A DNA stretch of 64,000 nucleotides from assembly GCA_977020255.1 (NCBI GenBank), contig CDROCS010000295.1, positions 62,001 to 126,000 on the forward strand, written 5' to 3'. The translations under genes and the position numbers were made by a program. The notes beneath the pieces were generated by a model. That model ran no database searches, had not been told where the DNA came from, and was given only the letters and a program-made list of their open reading frames with translations. Below are positions 25,115 to 37,530 of the stretch, piece after piece. Position 1 is the first letter of the stretch, and each line of letters starts with the position of its first letter. This stretch comes from Obrimoposthia wandeli (Eukaryota).

Positions 25115-25320
25115 GTTTTATGTCCTTCCATCGTTTCGATTATCACTCTCTTACTTCCATACTCACGTGTTTTGATGACATCGCTGCCGAATACATACGT
25201 CGTACCTTTTGTATCCGCATCTTTTTGTATTTCCTTTACAATTCGTTTTCTTCGTCTGCATCCGGCGAACGTTGCTGATATTCTATCAAGTGTGCACTGT
25301 CGGTCAACTTCGTAGTCCAT
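24958..25320 (-). CDS. Hypothetical protein, probably a frameshifted upstream part of the cassette polyprotein
   Basis: 120-aa ORF overlapping 24251-25114 in another frame. Confidence 0.35.
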   Translation of the reverse strand: MDYEVDRQCTLDRISATFAGCRRRKRIVKEIQKDADTKGTTYVFGSDVIKTREYGSKRVIIETMEGHKTCLSAKNGFGKLVIQGKPVQLIIGKPESKKCQSNDRQPRQNDITRNRFISNE

Positions 25321-25699
25321 TTCGGAATTGATTCAGTAGTCTGTTTTGTGAATAATAGATCGCTTCATTCACTATGTTCTCCTCGATCCTTTCGTCTAGA
25401 TAAACAAGTACCTGGTTTGTTGGTCCGTTTGGTTTCTTCATTTTTACAAACTGGAATCTTTCTCTGTCGGTTCTTATGGATCAGAAACATTTTCTGATTA
25501 GCCAAACATCGATCAGTCCTATCAACACTAATAGCATCATCAGTGTCGGTGTATTGTACTGCATGATGTAGTTGTGGATTTATTTAAACCAGGAACTATT
25601 TCCATGGTTGGAGCCTATCTCTTGTGCTCCCGTTGTTGGCATTAGACAACTTAACAAGCCTAGTGCTAGCAATCTTCGTTACTGATAGCTGGGCACTGT

Positions 25700-27390
25700 T
25701 GTTGTAACCTCATTCATTTCTCGTTGTTGTTTCCGCCTTTCGGAGTATTTCTCTATTTCTCGAACGAGTAACGGTTTGAATTCCGTATCTGATCTATTCT
25801 GTTTGATGTAGATCATCGCTTCCTCCGGTGTATGACCATGGTACACCTATGGTAGGTGCTAACATTGTACTTTTTTCTGATATATCAGAACGCCATTTCC
25901 TTCTGTGACTTCGGCTTGGATTGTTTGAGTCAACTTCCTCAGGTATTGTTGTGCGTCGTTTACCTCCCGATTTGAAGCATGTATATAACGTGTAGTGTCA
26001 TCTTCAGTATTTTGACATATACTGATTATCTCGTTTTCGACTTCAACAATGTTAATCACTCGGTTGATACTGTGGAACTTTAATCCAGCTGTATCTATAT
26101 CTCCTGGGTGACATAGAAATACTTTCGGCATTATCTGGGTGATTTTGTCGACTCCTGCTAAGAATAATCCGGTCAACGATAGTGATTGGAGGAAATTATT
26201 TTCCTTTGGATCCTCGGGGATGTCATCCATCCGTATCTGTTCTTGCAACAGGAGTTGATAATTTGACAATTGTACCAAAAAATTAAGGTTTGGATTCACG
26301 ATACTTCGTCTTTCTTGTAGATATTTCAGCGCTTCTAGTACCTGCATTCGTCTACTCTTTATTAGATATGCTAATACCAAGGTTGCTGATCTAGAGATTC
26401 CTTTCTGACAATGTACCAACACTTTTCCTTGGTTTTGGAGTTCTTTGTAAATTATCTCGTTTGTTTCTCCGAACCATTCGAGAAGATTAGCCTCCATTGA
26501 GTCTTTCACTCTTAATGTCATAGCTCTGATTGTCTCATTGTAACATTGATCACATATGTTATCCCTTTTTCCAACAGTTTCTTTTTGTCTATTGTGTCTT
26601 CCACATTTCCGAGGTATAACATATCTTGAATTATCTCACTCATTGGTGGCATCAATTCTGACTCCTCAAGTTTTAGTCTTTCTAATCGCTTCTCTATTTG
26701 TTCATCTATGATGAATAATTTCGCCAGTTTCTTTCTTCTCAGCATTCGTATCGCTGGAGAGATATTCATCTTTGTCTCTGATGTCTGTTCCTTTGGTAGT
26801 TCCTCTTCCGACTCGGTCTCTTCTGCAGATTTAATTCGCCTTTCTTGTATATTCTGTTTCATGAAGTCTATGTTTCGTCTTTTTCTGCTTTCTTTAGCGA
26901 ATTCAACCTCCACGGTTCTTCCGAATCGCTCTATTATGTTATCTTCGGATTCTGTTGACTCTGGATTGCTGCTTTCAGGTTCACTGTCTTGACTAGACTC
27001 GCTCGAAGGGTGTTCTGGTATGTCTGTTTGAACTAAAATTAATGAAGGGGTTAGAATAATTGGATTGACTGGTCCTGAGTCTCTGTGAATCGGATACAGT
27101 ATTACACAATCCTTAAGTATCTCAACTTGGAACTGTGCTCCATAGCACATGACGATTGTTTCCAATTTACCCATGATGGACAATCAATCGAAATAGGTGA
27201 CATTCAGCTTAGATATCGGTGTGTTCGCATAATTCACTAAATTGAATCGTATCTCGGTCGATAATGGCCATCGATATTTTAGTAAAATTATAATTTCGTC
27301 GTTTATCGATGTAATCACACTTGGCGCGGATGATACTATTTCAGCATGATATTTTGGCTGGAATGAGTTTGTCATTTGTTCTCTGATCAT
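25700..27390 (-). pseudogene. Tandem dual-specificity phosphatase (catalytic DUSP plus degenerate second DUSP domain), disrupted
   Basis: PMSEIIQDMLYLGNVED...GITYVINVT (ORF 26518-27183) frameshifts into VLVHCQKGISRSATLVLAYLI...RSIVNPNLNFLVQL (ORF 25859-26521). Second domain: ITQIMPKVFL...INRVINIV...GVLIYQK...HTPEEAMIYIKQNRS, lacking the HCxxGxxR motif. ORF 27184-27390 is in frame upstream through a single TGA. Confidence 0.9.
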
Positions 27391-27433
27391 ATTGATTCTT
27401 TGTGGTTTATTTTTTTTATTCTTTGTGGTTTAT

Positions 27434-28165
27434 TCTGGACTTTGAGTGAAGCCAATATGTTGTTTTATGTTTAATAAATATTTTGAAAAATAATTTTGTC
27501 TCGTATTTTGTTTTTTTTTCCTCTAAATTATATATTGATCTGACCGATTTTTCTCCTCTAAATTCTAAAACTGACATAGATATTTATCATGTAGTAATTT
27601 ATTAATCTAAAATCTTTCTTAAAAATAGTAGTAATATTTGAAATCTCGTCTGCGAAAAGCCGCCGGGGTCAATATGGATTCTCGTGGTCTTCTCTAACCA
27701 CTTTTGAGATTAGTGGGAAAATTTTTAAAAAATATGGTGGGGGGGGGAGTACCCCTCTTTCTTCCCCCTTTGAGTGGGATGAAGACACACATACACGAAA
27801 TTTCACTCCACACACATGCACGAATTTTCACTCCACACACATGCACGAATTTTCACTCCACACACATGCACGAATTTTTACTCCACACACATGCTCGGTT
27901 TTAAAGGACAGTAGGGGGGTACCCCCCTTCCTTCCCCCTTTGGGTGGGATGAAGACACACATACACGAAATTTCACTCCACACACATGCACGAATTTTCA
28001 CTCCACACACATGCACGAATTTTTACTCCACACACATGCTCGGTTTTAAAGGACAGTAGGGGGGGGTAGAAAATCTTTCTATACACCAGCACGAAATTTC
28101 ACTCCACACACATGCACGGTTTTAAAGGACAGTAGGGGGGAGAGGGTGTGTTGATTACACCTACT
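27434..28165 (+). mobile_element. Orphan Polinton right end (direct-orientation copy of 37800-38347)
   Basis: Near-identical to 37800-38347 from gagtgaagccaatatg through the 25-bp cacgaaatttcactccacacacatg repeats, ending ACACCTACT; no matching left end or TSD found upstream. Confidence 0.9.
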
Positions 28166-29433
28166 CATACATGCTAGGCTGCATCAATTATGGATACAAC
28201 CCTATTGTAAGAATCCTCTGTCTTTCTTAACGACGGTTTAATCAAATATATCGCCATTTGTATTCTCGATTTTTAAACGCGCAAAAAATCGTCCCTCAAC
28301 GACGATTCGAGAAATTTCTTTCTCATTGTGCCCAGCTTTTATCGACTGTTTTTTTACAGTTTTGATCATGAATACGGCAATTAATTAGTTAGAATGGTAA
28401 ATATTACTTCTAAAGACGCCATTTAGGTATTCAGCTGCCTATTTAACATCGCTTTATCACGCACTTTACTACCGAATTATATATTTATTTCAATCCAGCA
28501 ATTAAAGGGGCATAATGAAAACATGGACAGAAATTAATATGTTGAGAGCTTTTGTTGCAGTCTATACCTTTGTCTTTCAGATACACTTTCTATTTTTAGA
28601 GTTAATTAAACGACATATAATTTTTCTTCAGCCTTATTAAAAAATAAAGAATTTAATTTTAGATTTGAAATATTTAGTGACATCATTTTTCTCAACTCTA
28701 TTTGCAGATCCAGTTTTCTCAACAGGCCCATATTCACAAAGTGCAGTAAAACTGGTCAGCAAAAATATCATAATGCACTAAAGATATGAAGAAATATTGC
28801 ACCGGAAAACAAAATTATGGAATCACTAGTTTGTCTCAGAACTTTTCATTAAAACATAAAATTGTTAAAATTAGATAGATCGTTAATTTCAAAATAGTAT
28901 ATATTAAAAGCACTTTATACAAGGTGTATCGAAATACAAATCATTAAAGAAAATGCTACATAACATATATTTCTTTTATACATTCTTCTCAATTTCATTT
29001 AGATATCTCTTTTCCTGATTATTCCATAAATTTTATCATGTGGCGGGGCGTTATCTTGTTGAAATTTAGGCCATAGTGCACTTCTAAAATATGCACAATG
29101 GAGTATTTTGTAATTCTTCTTCAATTTTGGCTCTTCGGGAAAATATGGTCATTCGCATGTAATCGTATTTTCAGTTGATTGTCCTCTAAAGATAACTTAA
29201 AAATTATTAGATAAGAGTAGGTGGATGTGTCCGGTCTAATCCATACCCCCTCCCCCCTACTGTCCCTTAAAACCGTGCATGTGTGTGGAGTGAAATTCCG
29301 TGCAGGTGTGTAGAAAAAATTTCTACCCCCACCCTCCCAAACACTCAAAAAAATAATTAACTCCATATAACACCCTCCATATAACACCCTGACATTATGT
29401 TCACTGAATCCTGATGACAATACGCTATATAGC

Positions 29434-31612
29434 ATGCCTAAGGATAAGGATTTAAAATTCAGGGATTGGGCAAAATGCATACCCGTGGAATTCAGGGTGT
29501 ATGCAGATTTTGAGTCAATTTTAGCATTGCTCGACCAGTATGAGAGTATTCACCTACCGGCTTCGGCAGGACTACTATTCTTAGGCCCCAATATTACCCA
29601 GTATCATAAATTTTCCGGTCCAAATTGTATTTTAGATTTTATGTTAAAATTAGAGGAATTAGGAACAACAATTGTCAAACCGTGGTATGATCTCAATGCT
29701 CATCAAGCAATGATCATGACAGGCATAGACTGGGTTAATTTTAATTCTTGTAGATTATGTTATTTGTGTGGAACCCAGTCTAAGTTAGTCAGAGATAACG
29801 ATCATGTTACGGGGCGATACTTGGGAGCGGCGTGCAACCTTTGTAACCTTGGCCGTCGTCTCCCTAAAAAACCACGCATTCCCATCGTGTTTCATAACCT
29901 CAAAGGATATGATTTGCATCATATACTTAAATATGCGTTGGGTACATTAAGCTCTTGGGAAATTTCATGTATACCTCAAACTTCAGAGAAATATTTATCT
30001 TTAACTGCATATACTGAATTCTGCAGTTTAAGATTCATAGATTCTCTGCAGTTTTTGAGTGGTTCTTTAAAAAATCTAACGGCATCTTTAAATGCATGGC
30101 CAATTACACAGTCAGTGTTTCCAGCTTCGGTTAACGATAAGGGGATTTTTCCGTAAAAATTTGCGAAACCTTTTGCAGATTTAGAAAATACAACTGAAAT
30201 CCCACCCATAACTGAATTTGAGGGTGTAAGTCTTCAAGACTATAATGAGGCCCGTACATTTTGGGCGAATAATTGTCGAAATCTTTTAGAATATATGCTT
30301 TATTATATGAAGTTAGACATTTATCTTTTAGCTGATGTTTTTGAGTCCTTTCGTGTAAAATCTTTAGCAGAAGATGGGCTAGATCTCATGCATTTCTTTA
30401 GTTTACCTGGTCTTTCATGGGCAACAGCAATAAAAACTCTTAAAATTAATATCGAGTTACTGCAAGATCCCGCGATGTATCAAATGTATGATTATGGTAT
30501 ACGCGGTGGAATGACTTTGTCAACAAACATCATGTTGTCAAAAATCAATCCATGGAGATTCTGTACATCGATATTAATAATTTGTATGGGTGGGCGCTTA
30601 CTCAACCTCTACCTCATGCCAACTGTAAGTGGGTTTATGATGAGGAAGAGTTGAATAATTTGATGACAGATTTGGCTACTGTTGATACAGTTTCATCCGA
30701 CGTCGGCTATTTGGTTGAGGTTAAAAATCCCTCCCAATGTGCATGATAAATTAGATGATTTTCCAGTAGCGCCTGTTCATCAATGCCCACCTAATTCAAA
30801 GGTTAAGAAATTATTGTTAACCCATGAAGACAAGTTGAATTATGTTGTGCATTGGCAGCTTCTTCAATTCTACTTAAAGTTGGGAGCGAAAGTTACTCGA
30901 ATTCATCGTGCTATAAGCTTCAGTCAAAACTTTGTGTTTAAAGACTATATTGAGAAGAATTCAAGAAAACGTAATTTGGCCACTAGCAAATTCAATCGAG
31001 ATTTTTACAAGTTAAAAAGTAATAGTCTCTTTGGAAAAACTGTAGAGGACTTGCGGAAACGTATTTGTCTACCGTTTACCAAGTTATATAGGTCAGACGG
31101 TTTTATACATTTCTAAACTCAGAATGTACGAGCTTCAATACCTAGAATTAGAGAAATATCGACAAGAATTCAATTGTGAGATCAAAATCGCAGCTGGGGA
31201 CACTGACTCTTTCTTTTTAGAATGTAAAAATGTTAGTTTAGATAATCATTTATTACTGGCAATGTTTAGGGACAACTTACTAGATACCCATAAATATTCC
31301 GCTAACCATCCTCTACACTCTATGAGTTTAAAGGACATTATCGGGAAATTTAAGGATGAAAGCGAGGGACAGGTTTCGTATGATGATTGTATTTTCCTAC
31401 GCCCTAAATGCTACAGTTTACATGCATCTAATAATACATGTTCAATGAGAGTAAAGGGTGTGGGAAGAAACAATCTTACACATGAGGCCTACCGGAAAGT
31501 TTATGATACTGGGTGTATTGAAAGCGTTGAGCAAACTAGATTTATTTCAAGAGCCCATCAACTGTATTTCCATAAATCAACCAAAATCGCTTTGAGTAGT
31601 AATGATGACTAG
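29434..31612 (+). pseudogene. polB: Protein-primed family B DNA polymerase (frameshifted, N-terminally truncated)
   Basis: VYADFES (ExoI), CYLCG...RDNDHVTGRYLGAACNLCN (Zn/EndoVII-like insert), FHNLKGYD (ExoII), YMKLDIYLLADVFESFR (ExoIII), YIDINNLYGWA (A), KLKSNSLFGK (B), GDTDS (C), spread over ORFs 29434, 30295, 30552, 30682 and 31124. Confidence 0.95.
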
Positions 31613-31929
31613 CGCTTTTGGGTAGAAAAGAATGCTAGCCTGGCTTATGGACACTTCCGAATTTAAACGGTTTTCATTTTATTTTATTTTTTTTAGTTTT
31701 GTTTTTTTTAATTTTAGATCCCTATGGCACCTTGACTCTAACTTTTTGTTATTTCAATACTTTTTTAGGTTGGACCTTATCTTTGCTGACATATCTCATT
31801 GTGATGTTGTGATTAATAAATGTATTCAAAAAATTTGTCTTATGTCTTTTATTATTTTACCCTTATATTTTTAGAGATTTAAAAAATAATTAAAAATAAA
31901 ACATTAAAAATATTTATTTTTATAACACA

Positions 31930-32193
31930 CTAATCGTTTTGCAACGATAACCATAAAATACATAAATGTCCACAGTTTCTCGTCGCAGGATCCTGATATT
32001 GTATCTTGTTGTAAAATACTCTTATTCGTCCTTTTTGAATAGTCGAAACAAGTTTGTGTGGATAATACATTGCAAGTGGATCAAATACATGTATTGTCCA
32101 CTCTCTAACATAAATAGCCATCCAATGTTCTCCTGGTAAATTCGAAGTATGAGTATTGATAATGTAACCTCCAGATTGAAAAAATGGAATCAT
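31930..32193 (-). CDS. Polinton adenain-like cysteine (maturation) protease
   Basis: NTHTSNLPGEHWMAIY...FDPL...YQDPATRNCGHLC (His/Asp/Gln/Cys catalytic set). Confidence 0.9.
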   Translation of the reverse strand: MIPFFQSGGYIINTHTSNLPGEHWMAIYVREWTIHVFDPLAMYYPHKLVSTIQKGRIRVFYNKIQYQDPATRNCGHLCILWLSLQND

Positions 32194-32311
32194 ATCAATA
32201 GGATAAACTCCATTGAATTTATCACCCAGGACCTTCTCTGCTGATTCTTGTACTTGTTTTGAACTAAATAAAAATTAATAAATATAAATTTAAAATATGT
32301 CTTACTCCATT

Positions 32312-33500
32312 CTATAATATGACAGTTCTGTTTTTATTGATTTGTATTTCCGAATCAAATACTCCGTAAATAAGCACCGTAGTAGGATGTGTTAAAGCTG
32401 CATTGAACTTAATTTCTAGTCGTAAATTTCCATCCTTTGGTAGTTGACATTGGTTTATATCAAAGTCTGGTGCCAAAACAAATGTGAAGAACGGGCAGCT
32501 GCTTTTAAAGTCAGTGAAAGAAATACCATTGTTTATATTTTTATCTAGTTGACCCACATTCCGAATAATAGATTGGGTATAAGCCAAAGCATAAGCGTCA
32601 CCTTCGAAATCTGTTTTATATGTTTCGCGATAATCAGTATTTCTTGAAAGTGTCACTGAACCAACATTAAGATTGTCAAATTGAGTTGCATCTGTCGTAT
32701 AATTTCCTAGAAACTTTGCAGTTTTTTGAAAAGAAATTAAAATGAATTTCGGTAATCTTACATCACCAAAAATTTGATCCTTATTAAAAGCTTGTGTACC
32801 CGTACCTAAAGAATAAGATATAAGTTTAGTTTCTCTAATAGGATAACAAGCATTGTTTTTTTCCATTCCTATATTATGTGCCATTAAAACTGATTGCTCG
32901 GTTTTAACTCTTCGAACATACAATTTTGCATCCAAAATATCAAGTCTAGGTTTTAGAACGTCAAAGAAAAATTCCATTTATTACGTTTCAAACGAAGATG
33001 TACATTAACACCAAGAATTAAATATTGCGGTTGTTCAAAGAAATTCAATCTCAAAGACCCACACATTTCGTAAGCTTTAGAACCTGCAATCCATTCTTTG
33101 CGAGTTGCAACAGTTTTATCATAACCAATGGTTGCCAAATTAGTATTTTGAGTATCAGTACTATAATTCAAAAGACTTTCAATCAAAGCTTTATGAGCAT
33201 AGGAAGAATTTCCACCTTCAATTTTGACATTATTAAGAGTAACAATGGCATCATTAAATAAAGAATTAAAGGGATAATTTACAGGTGTTACATCGGCATT
33301 TTCATCTAAATTAGTACCATCCCGATTTAATACTTTTATTTGAACATAAAGCAAAGTATCATTCAAATCTAAATACTCGCTATTGGAACCATTAATATTA
33401 AATTCTAAATCGGTTAAAGTGGTTCCTGAAACTGAGTTAACTAGGAATATTTCTTCAAAGGAAGCATTATCTACAACAGTGGAAGTGGTTTATCAAAAAT
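32312..33500 (-). pseudogene. Polinton major capsid protein (double jelly-roll), frameshifted
   Basis: LEFNINGSNSEYLDLNDTLLYVQIKV, NYPFNSLFNDAIVTLNN, LDAKLYVRRVK, RLPKFILISF, GNLRLEIKFNAALTHPTTVLIYGVFDSEIQI. Confidence 0.9.
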
Positions 33501-33529
33501 ACACAATTCAGTTTTGGCGCAACTCATTT

Positions 33530-33860
33530 TGCAAATATTGTTCCTTCAACATTCTTACGTTTGTTTATATTGATTTTTTGCTTCTTTTTACTTTTAAATC
33601 CACTACCTCCTTGGCTTTTATTTGATTTACGTTTTCTAATCAAATTAGCAACTTCAGGTAAAACATTATCAAGTTCATCAAGCGCATGCTTCTTAAAAGT
33701 TGGTATTAGTTTATTGTCTTTAGATGAAAGGTAATCCTTTCATAATTTTGATATAAATCGCCTGAGTCTCTTTAAAAGACGAAAGGCAAATCTACCTTAT
33801 GTTCTAAGCCAGCCAGATCCATATTGTTTACCAACAAAATATGGTAATTCTCCACCTTGT
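33530..33860 (-). pseudogene. Polinton small basic QxGxG protein (PZ-like putative core/membrane-active protein), disrupted
   Basis: Minus-strand GKQYGSGWLRT*GRFAFRLLKRL...KSQGGSGFKSKKK located between mCP and MCP. Confidence 0.55.
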
Positions 33861-33879
33861 TGGCTTTGTCTATAAGCTT

Positions 33880-34915
33880 CAATTATTGCTGGATTCGCCA
33901 TTTTGTTTTCTTAAATGTATTGTTAAACTTGTCTTGGCCTCGTGCGTGAAATCTATTAGTTGTCCGGAATCATCTCTAATATTTACTTCAATATTGTTTA
34001 TAGAAAAAAGAGAAACTGGAAGATACATTGGCTGATCTATACACATACCAACAGCGTCCCCATCTCTAGTTTCATTTTTAGATATCTATATTGTTCTCAA
34101 AAGTGGAACTCGCTGTCCTCCTACAAGCGTTGGTTCTATTAAATTAGTATAAATATATAAATGATTAACAGCATTTAAAAGTTTTGCCTTATTTTTAGCT
34201 TTTATGGTTTTTATTGTATGGGTTTCAAAGGTATTTCTGTTTAAACCAAGGTTTTTAGCGAGTTTATCATCAAATGAAACTCGTTTTATATTGCTCTTTA
34301 CTGTAAACGTTATTTTACCATTTTTTAATGTTTCACATTTATCCAAATATTCATTACATTCCTTCTGTATTAATTTACAGAAATTCACTTCACTGTCTAT
34401 TTTATAATCTTTTGAAAACATTTTCAGTTCCACTACAGTCTTTGGTCTCGTTTCAACTAACAACACTCTTACTACTCTACTAGGAACATTTTAAAACATT
34501 TTAGATGAGACAATATTAGATCTCTTCATACCTACTACATGTCCACTATCAAAACCGAATTGAAGAGCTTCTCTTCCAGATTCGAATATAATTTGAATAG
34601 GTTGAAAATGTTTTGATCGATTTTTAAATCTGACTTTGTTTTTTTTCATATATTACTTTCACTTCTTTATCTATACAATTGTAAATCAAACCCGATCACA
34701 ACTTTAGTTGTTTTTTCATGATCAACTTCTTTTGTAAACGAAATACGTGAGTTTTTTCTGATAGTAATTGGAGAATAATAAAAAGAAAATTCGGTTAAAG
34801 CCGCTTCCCATTCTCCTTGGAGATTTATAGGATTTCCCAATCGATAATAAAGCTACTAGCGTAATTATCTGGTTGAGTCTTCGGACATCCGTTACTAGGT
34901 AAAACCATATACATA
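33880..34915 (-). pseudogene. Polinton minor capsid (penton) protein, frameshifted
   Basis: N-terminal MVLPSNGCPKTQPDNYASSFIIDWENPINLQGEWEAALTEFS, central LYIYTNLIEPTLVGGQRVPLLRTI, C-terminal NNIEVNIRDDSGQLIDF. Confidence 0.85.
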
Positions 34916-34919
34916 GACT

Positions 34920-35830
34920 TCATATTATATTAGATGCTGATATCCAAGTTGGGTCTGAATAACCATGCCATTTAACAAAGTATTGTTTATGTTTACGGGC
35001 ACCCTTAGATTTTAATATTTTTTGAATACGGAAAACGCTAGGTTTATTTGATATTACTTGTAGTTCTTGCTCGTAAAATTTACCGTGAACGATATTATTG
35101 TCAGCATCTTTAATAGTATACATTATTGGATTACTCTTTTAATCAATTTTACTTATACAAAATATTTCATCGCTCCAATTCTGATTAAAGTTTTTAATAA
35201 ATGGAGTAGAGCTAATTTTCGAAATTCGAACATATTCGTTTTTCTTATATTTAGCTTTTTTAATTTTTACTTTTTTATTCCTGTTCATCCAAATGTCCAT
35301 AGAGTTTTTATTAGTAACATCAACAGGTCTCATTCCCTTGAGACCTCTATGTTCAGAGTGATTATATGCATGTATTATTTTAGGTAAAACTTGGATCCAT
35401 TTTTTATTTCCTTCTTTTGTGAAATACTTTTTATCAAATACCTAAATCAGTTTGCACATTTTGTGGAATGTCCAATTTTAATATTTCTTTAATGGCTTCA
35501 AGCATAGCTAATGAAGACTTTGCTTTAACTGGAATTGCACGAGCAAACCTGCTAAATACATCAATACATGTTAAAATATATCGATATCCCTTATTAATGG
35601 AAGAATATGGGATCATCTCCATCAAATCCATTTGCCATAAATTATTAGGACTGCTGGTTTTGTAAGCTCTAGTTGGAAACCTTCTTCTCATCGGCTTGTT
35701 CAGACTGTAGGCTAACTGGTCGCTCAGCCATTTCTGCGTTTTCTTGTAATTCTGTTTTTGTTCTTTTTGCTAATTTTGAAACTCCTGTATAGCCAATTGG
35801 ATCTTTTGGATTGAACCATATCTTCTCCAT
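34920..35830 (-). pseudogene. int: Polinton retroviral-like integrase with C-terminal chromodomain, frameshifted
   Basis: WFNPKDPIGYTGV, LWQMDLMEM...YRYILTCIDVFSRFA, VQTDLG, VRISK...NWSDEIF, VHGKFYEQELQ, QYFVKWHGYS. Confidence 0.92.
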
Positions 35831-35916
35831 TACAACAATTTGAATAGAAAGAAAATTTAGGTTTAGGTAAAGAAGGGCTAGCACCCATATCTTTAGCTGA
35901 TTTTAGAAATAATTGT

Positions 35917-36246
35917 TTATGAACGTGTCGCAGCTATAATACTACTGATAATTGAAGCAACAACTGGAATAACAGCCCCTATGAAACCACCATTCTGTTT
36001 AAGAGTAATATTTCGTTTTCTTTTTTTACTTTTTACATTAGCAATATCTAGAAGAGTTTTTCTATATTTCTTTAATATATTTTTCCGATTTCCAACTTTT
36101 ACTCGACCCAAAACTATATTATATAAAACTTCCAATAAATCATCTACAACAAAGGATGGAAATGCTTTAAGAATAATCATTCTCTTATTAGAAGAGGCTT
36201 TGACTAAAGCTTTAAAATAGGGTATGCTTCTTTGTATTTTCTTCAT
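35917..36246 (-). CDS. Conserved Polinton small protein with QNGG-F motif and amphipathic C-terminal helix
   Basis: Basic N-terminus, LEVLYNIVLG, then LKQNGGFIGAVIPVVASIISSII; resembles an adenain cleavage site followed by a hydrophobic peptide. Confidence 0.7.
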   Translation of the reverse strand: MKKIQRSIPYFKALVKASSNKRMIILKAFPSFVVDDLLEVLYNIVLGRVKVGNRKNILKKYRKTLLDIANVKSKKRKRNITLKQNGGFIGAVIPVVASIISSIIAATRS

Positions 36247-36261
36247 TTTAATAAAAAAGGT

Positions 36262-36417
36262 TCAATTTAAATATTGTTTATATTCGAAGCCATTTAAGTT
36301 TTTTTTATTTTTAACTACAGATTTGATTAATTTTTTCACTTCTTTTTTCTTAATGATTCTTTTTTTTGATTTCTTAGATTTTACTTTACGTTTTACTATC
36401 AACTTAGTAAAAGGCAT
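36262..36417 (-). CDS. 51-aa lysine-rich protein (not in the ORF track)
   Basis: MPFTKLIVKRKVKSKKSKKRIIKKKEVKKLIKSVVKNKKNLNGFEYKQYLN, sitting between the ATPase and the QNGG protein. Confidence 0.45.
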   Translation of the reverse strand: MPFTKLIVKRKVKSKKSKKRIIKKKEVKKLIKSVVKNKKNLNGFEYKQYLN

Positions 36418-36424
36418 TGCGAAT

Positions 36425-37077
36425 TTATTTTTTATAATTGTTCTCTATTTGTTTATAAACAGTTACTCCCTTAGAATTAAATATGTCTGTTAAAACACGT
36501 AAATCATCTGGGCAAGCTTGTGTAAAGTCAATAAATATATACCCATGTGCTTGTTTAGCAGCATCGTGGAATGAATCAACTAGAAAGTTCTTATTTTGAG
36601 GAAATGCCTGTCTGGCCACAAAATCAACAACTGTTTGATCTCTAGGATTATTAAATAAAACTAAGTAATGTACATTAAGATTTCTTGTTCTATGGTGACC
36701 TCCTTGGTGAAACAGATTTTGAGTGATAAATATAACTGTTACTTCACGATGTCTTGCAATCTTTGTAAATAAATTATTAAATTCCGATTCCTTGTTAGCC
36801 TCCTCATACAAATCATCAATTATTACTACATCTTCTTTTTTCAATCTTTCACACAAATTTGCATCAAATCCTTCAATAAATTTTATACCCTTCAACTTGC
36901 AAACTTCATTTTTGTTAACCCGCTTTCCCCTCCTCCACCATGATGCCAATAAATATTTTTGAAACTAGATTTGAAAAGAGATTCATTTTGCAATAATTTA
37001 CAGACGAAATGTGTCTTTCCACTTCCACTAGGGCCAACTATTTGAAATACAGCATTATTATTTAGTTCCATTGCATA
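36425..37077 (-). pseudogene. A32/FtsK-like packaging ATPase, frameshifted near the N-terminus
   Basis: MELNNNAVFQIVGPSGSGKTHFV (Walker A, upstream frame), VVIIDDL (Walker B), ITQNLF...RTRNLNVHYLVLFNNPRD. Confidence 0.92.
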
Positions 37078-37108
37078 TACTCTTTCATTTTTAATATTGT
37101 TTATGTTA

Positions 37109-37381
37109 TCATAGAAGTTTCCTTATTGAAATGTACAATGTTAGAGCTATTGTAGATGAAATACAAAAATTAATTAATGAATATTTGGCTATAATTTTAT
37201 TTATTTGTGTACGATTTCTAAATTCTCGAATAACGTGTGATCTAATCAATATTTCAATGTTATCTCTTGTTATATCATTATTTTTTAATTCTGATAAAAT
37301 TTCTTTACCCCTAATTTTTCCAGAAAATATTTCGTCGGCAAGCCGATCCACTTCATTGTCTCTATTTATAGTATTATTCAT
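37109..37381 (-). CDS. Polinton hypothetical protein with C-terminal hydrophobic segment
   Basis: ATG-initiated 90-aa ORF co-oriented with the ATPase; tail YSLINFCISSTIALTLYI. Confidence 0.4.
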   Translation of the reverse strand: MNNTINRDNEVDRLADEIFSGKIRGKEILSELKNNDITRDNIEILIRSHVIREFRNRTQINKIIAKYSLINFCISSTIALTLYISIRKLL

Positions 37382-37530
37382 TCAAAACAATAAGTTTAAA
37401 CGGGTTTGTTTATAGAAAAGATAACAAGATGTAATAAGATATATTTTCTAAAATCAAATCAACAATGTTTGGATAATCAAAATATTTCAATCCCAATATC
37501 ATATTAAAGAGGCATCAAATTATACTAGTT

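Noticed and set aside
27704-28059. ORFs such as MHEFSLHTHARIFTPHTC (also 38025-38349 and 29121-29480)
   Set aside because: Translations of the Polinton subterminal 25-bp repeats, not genes.
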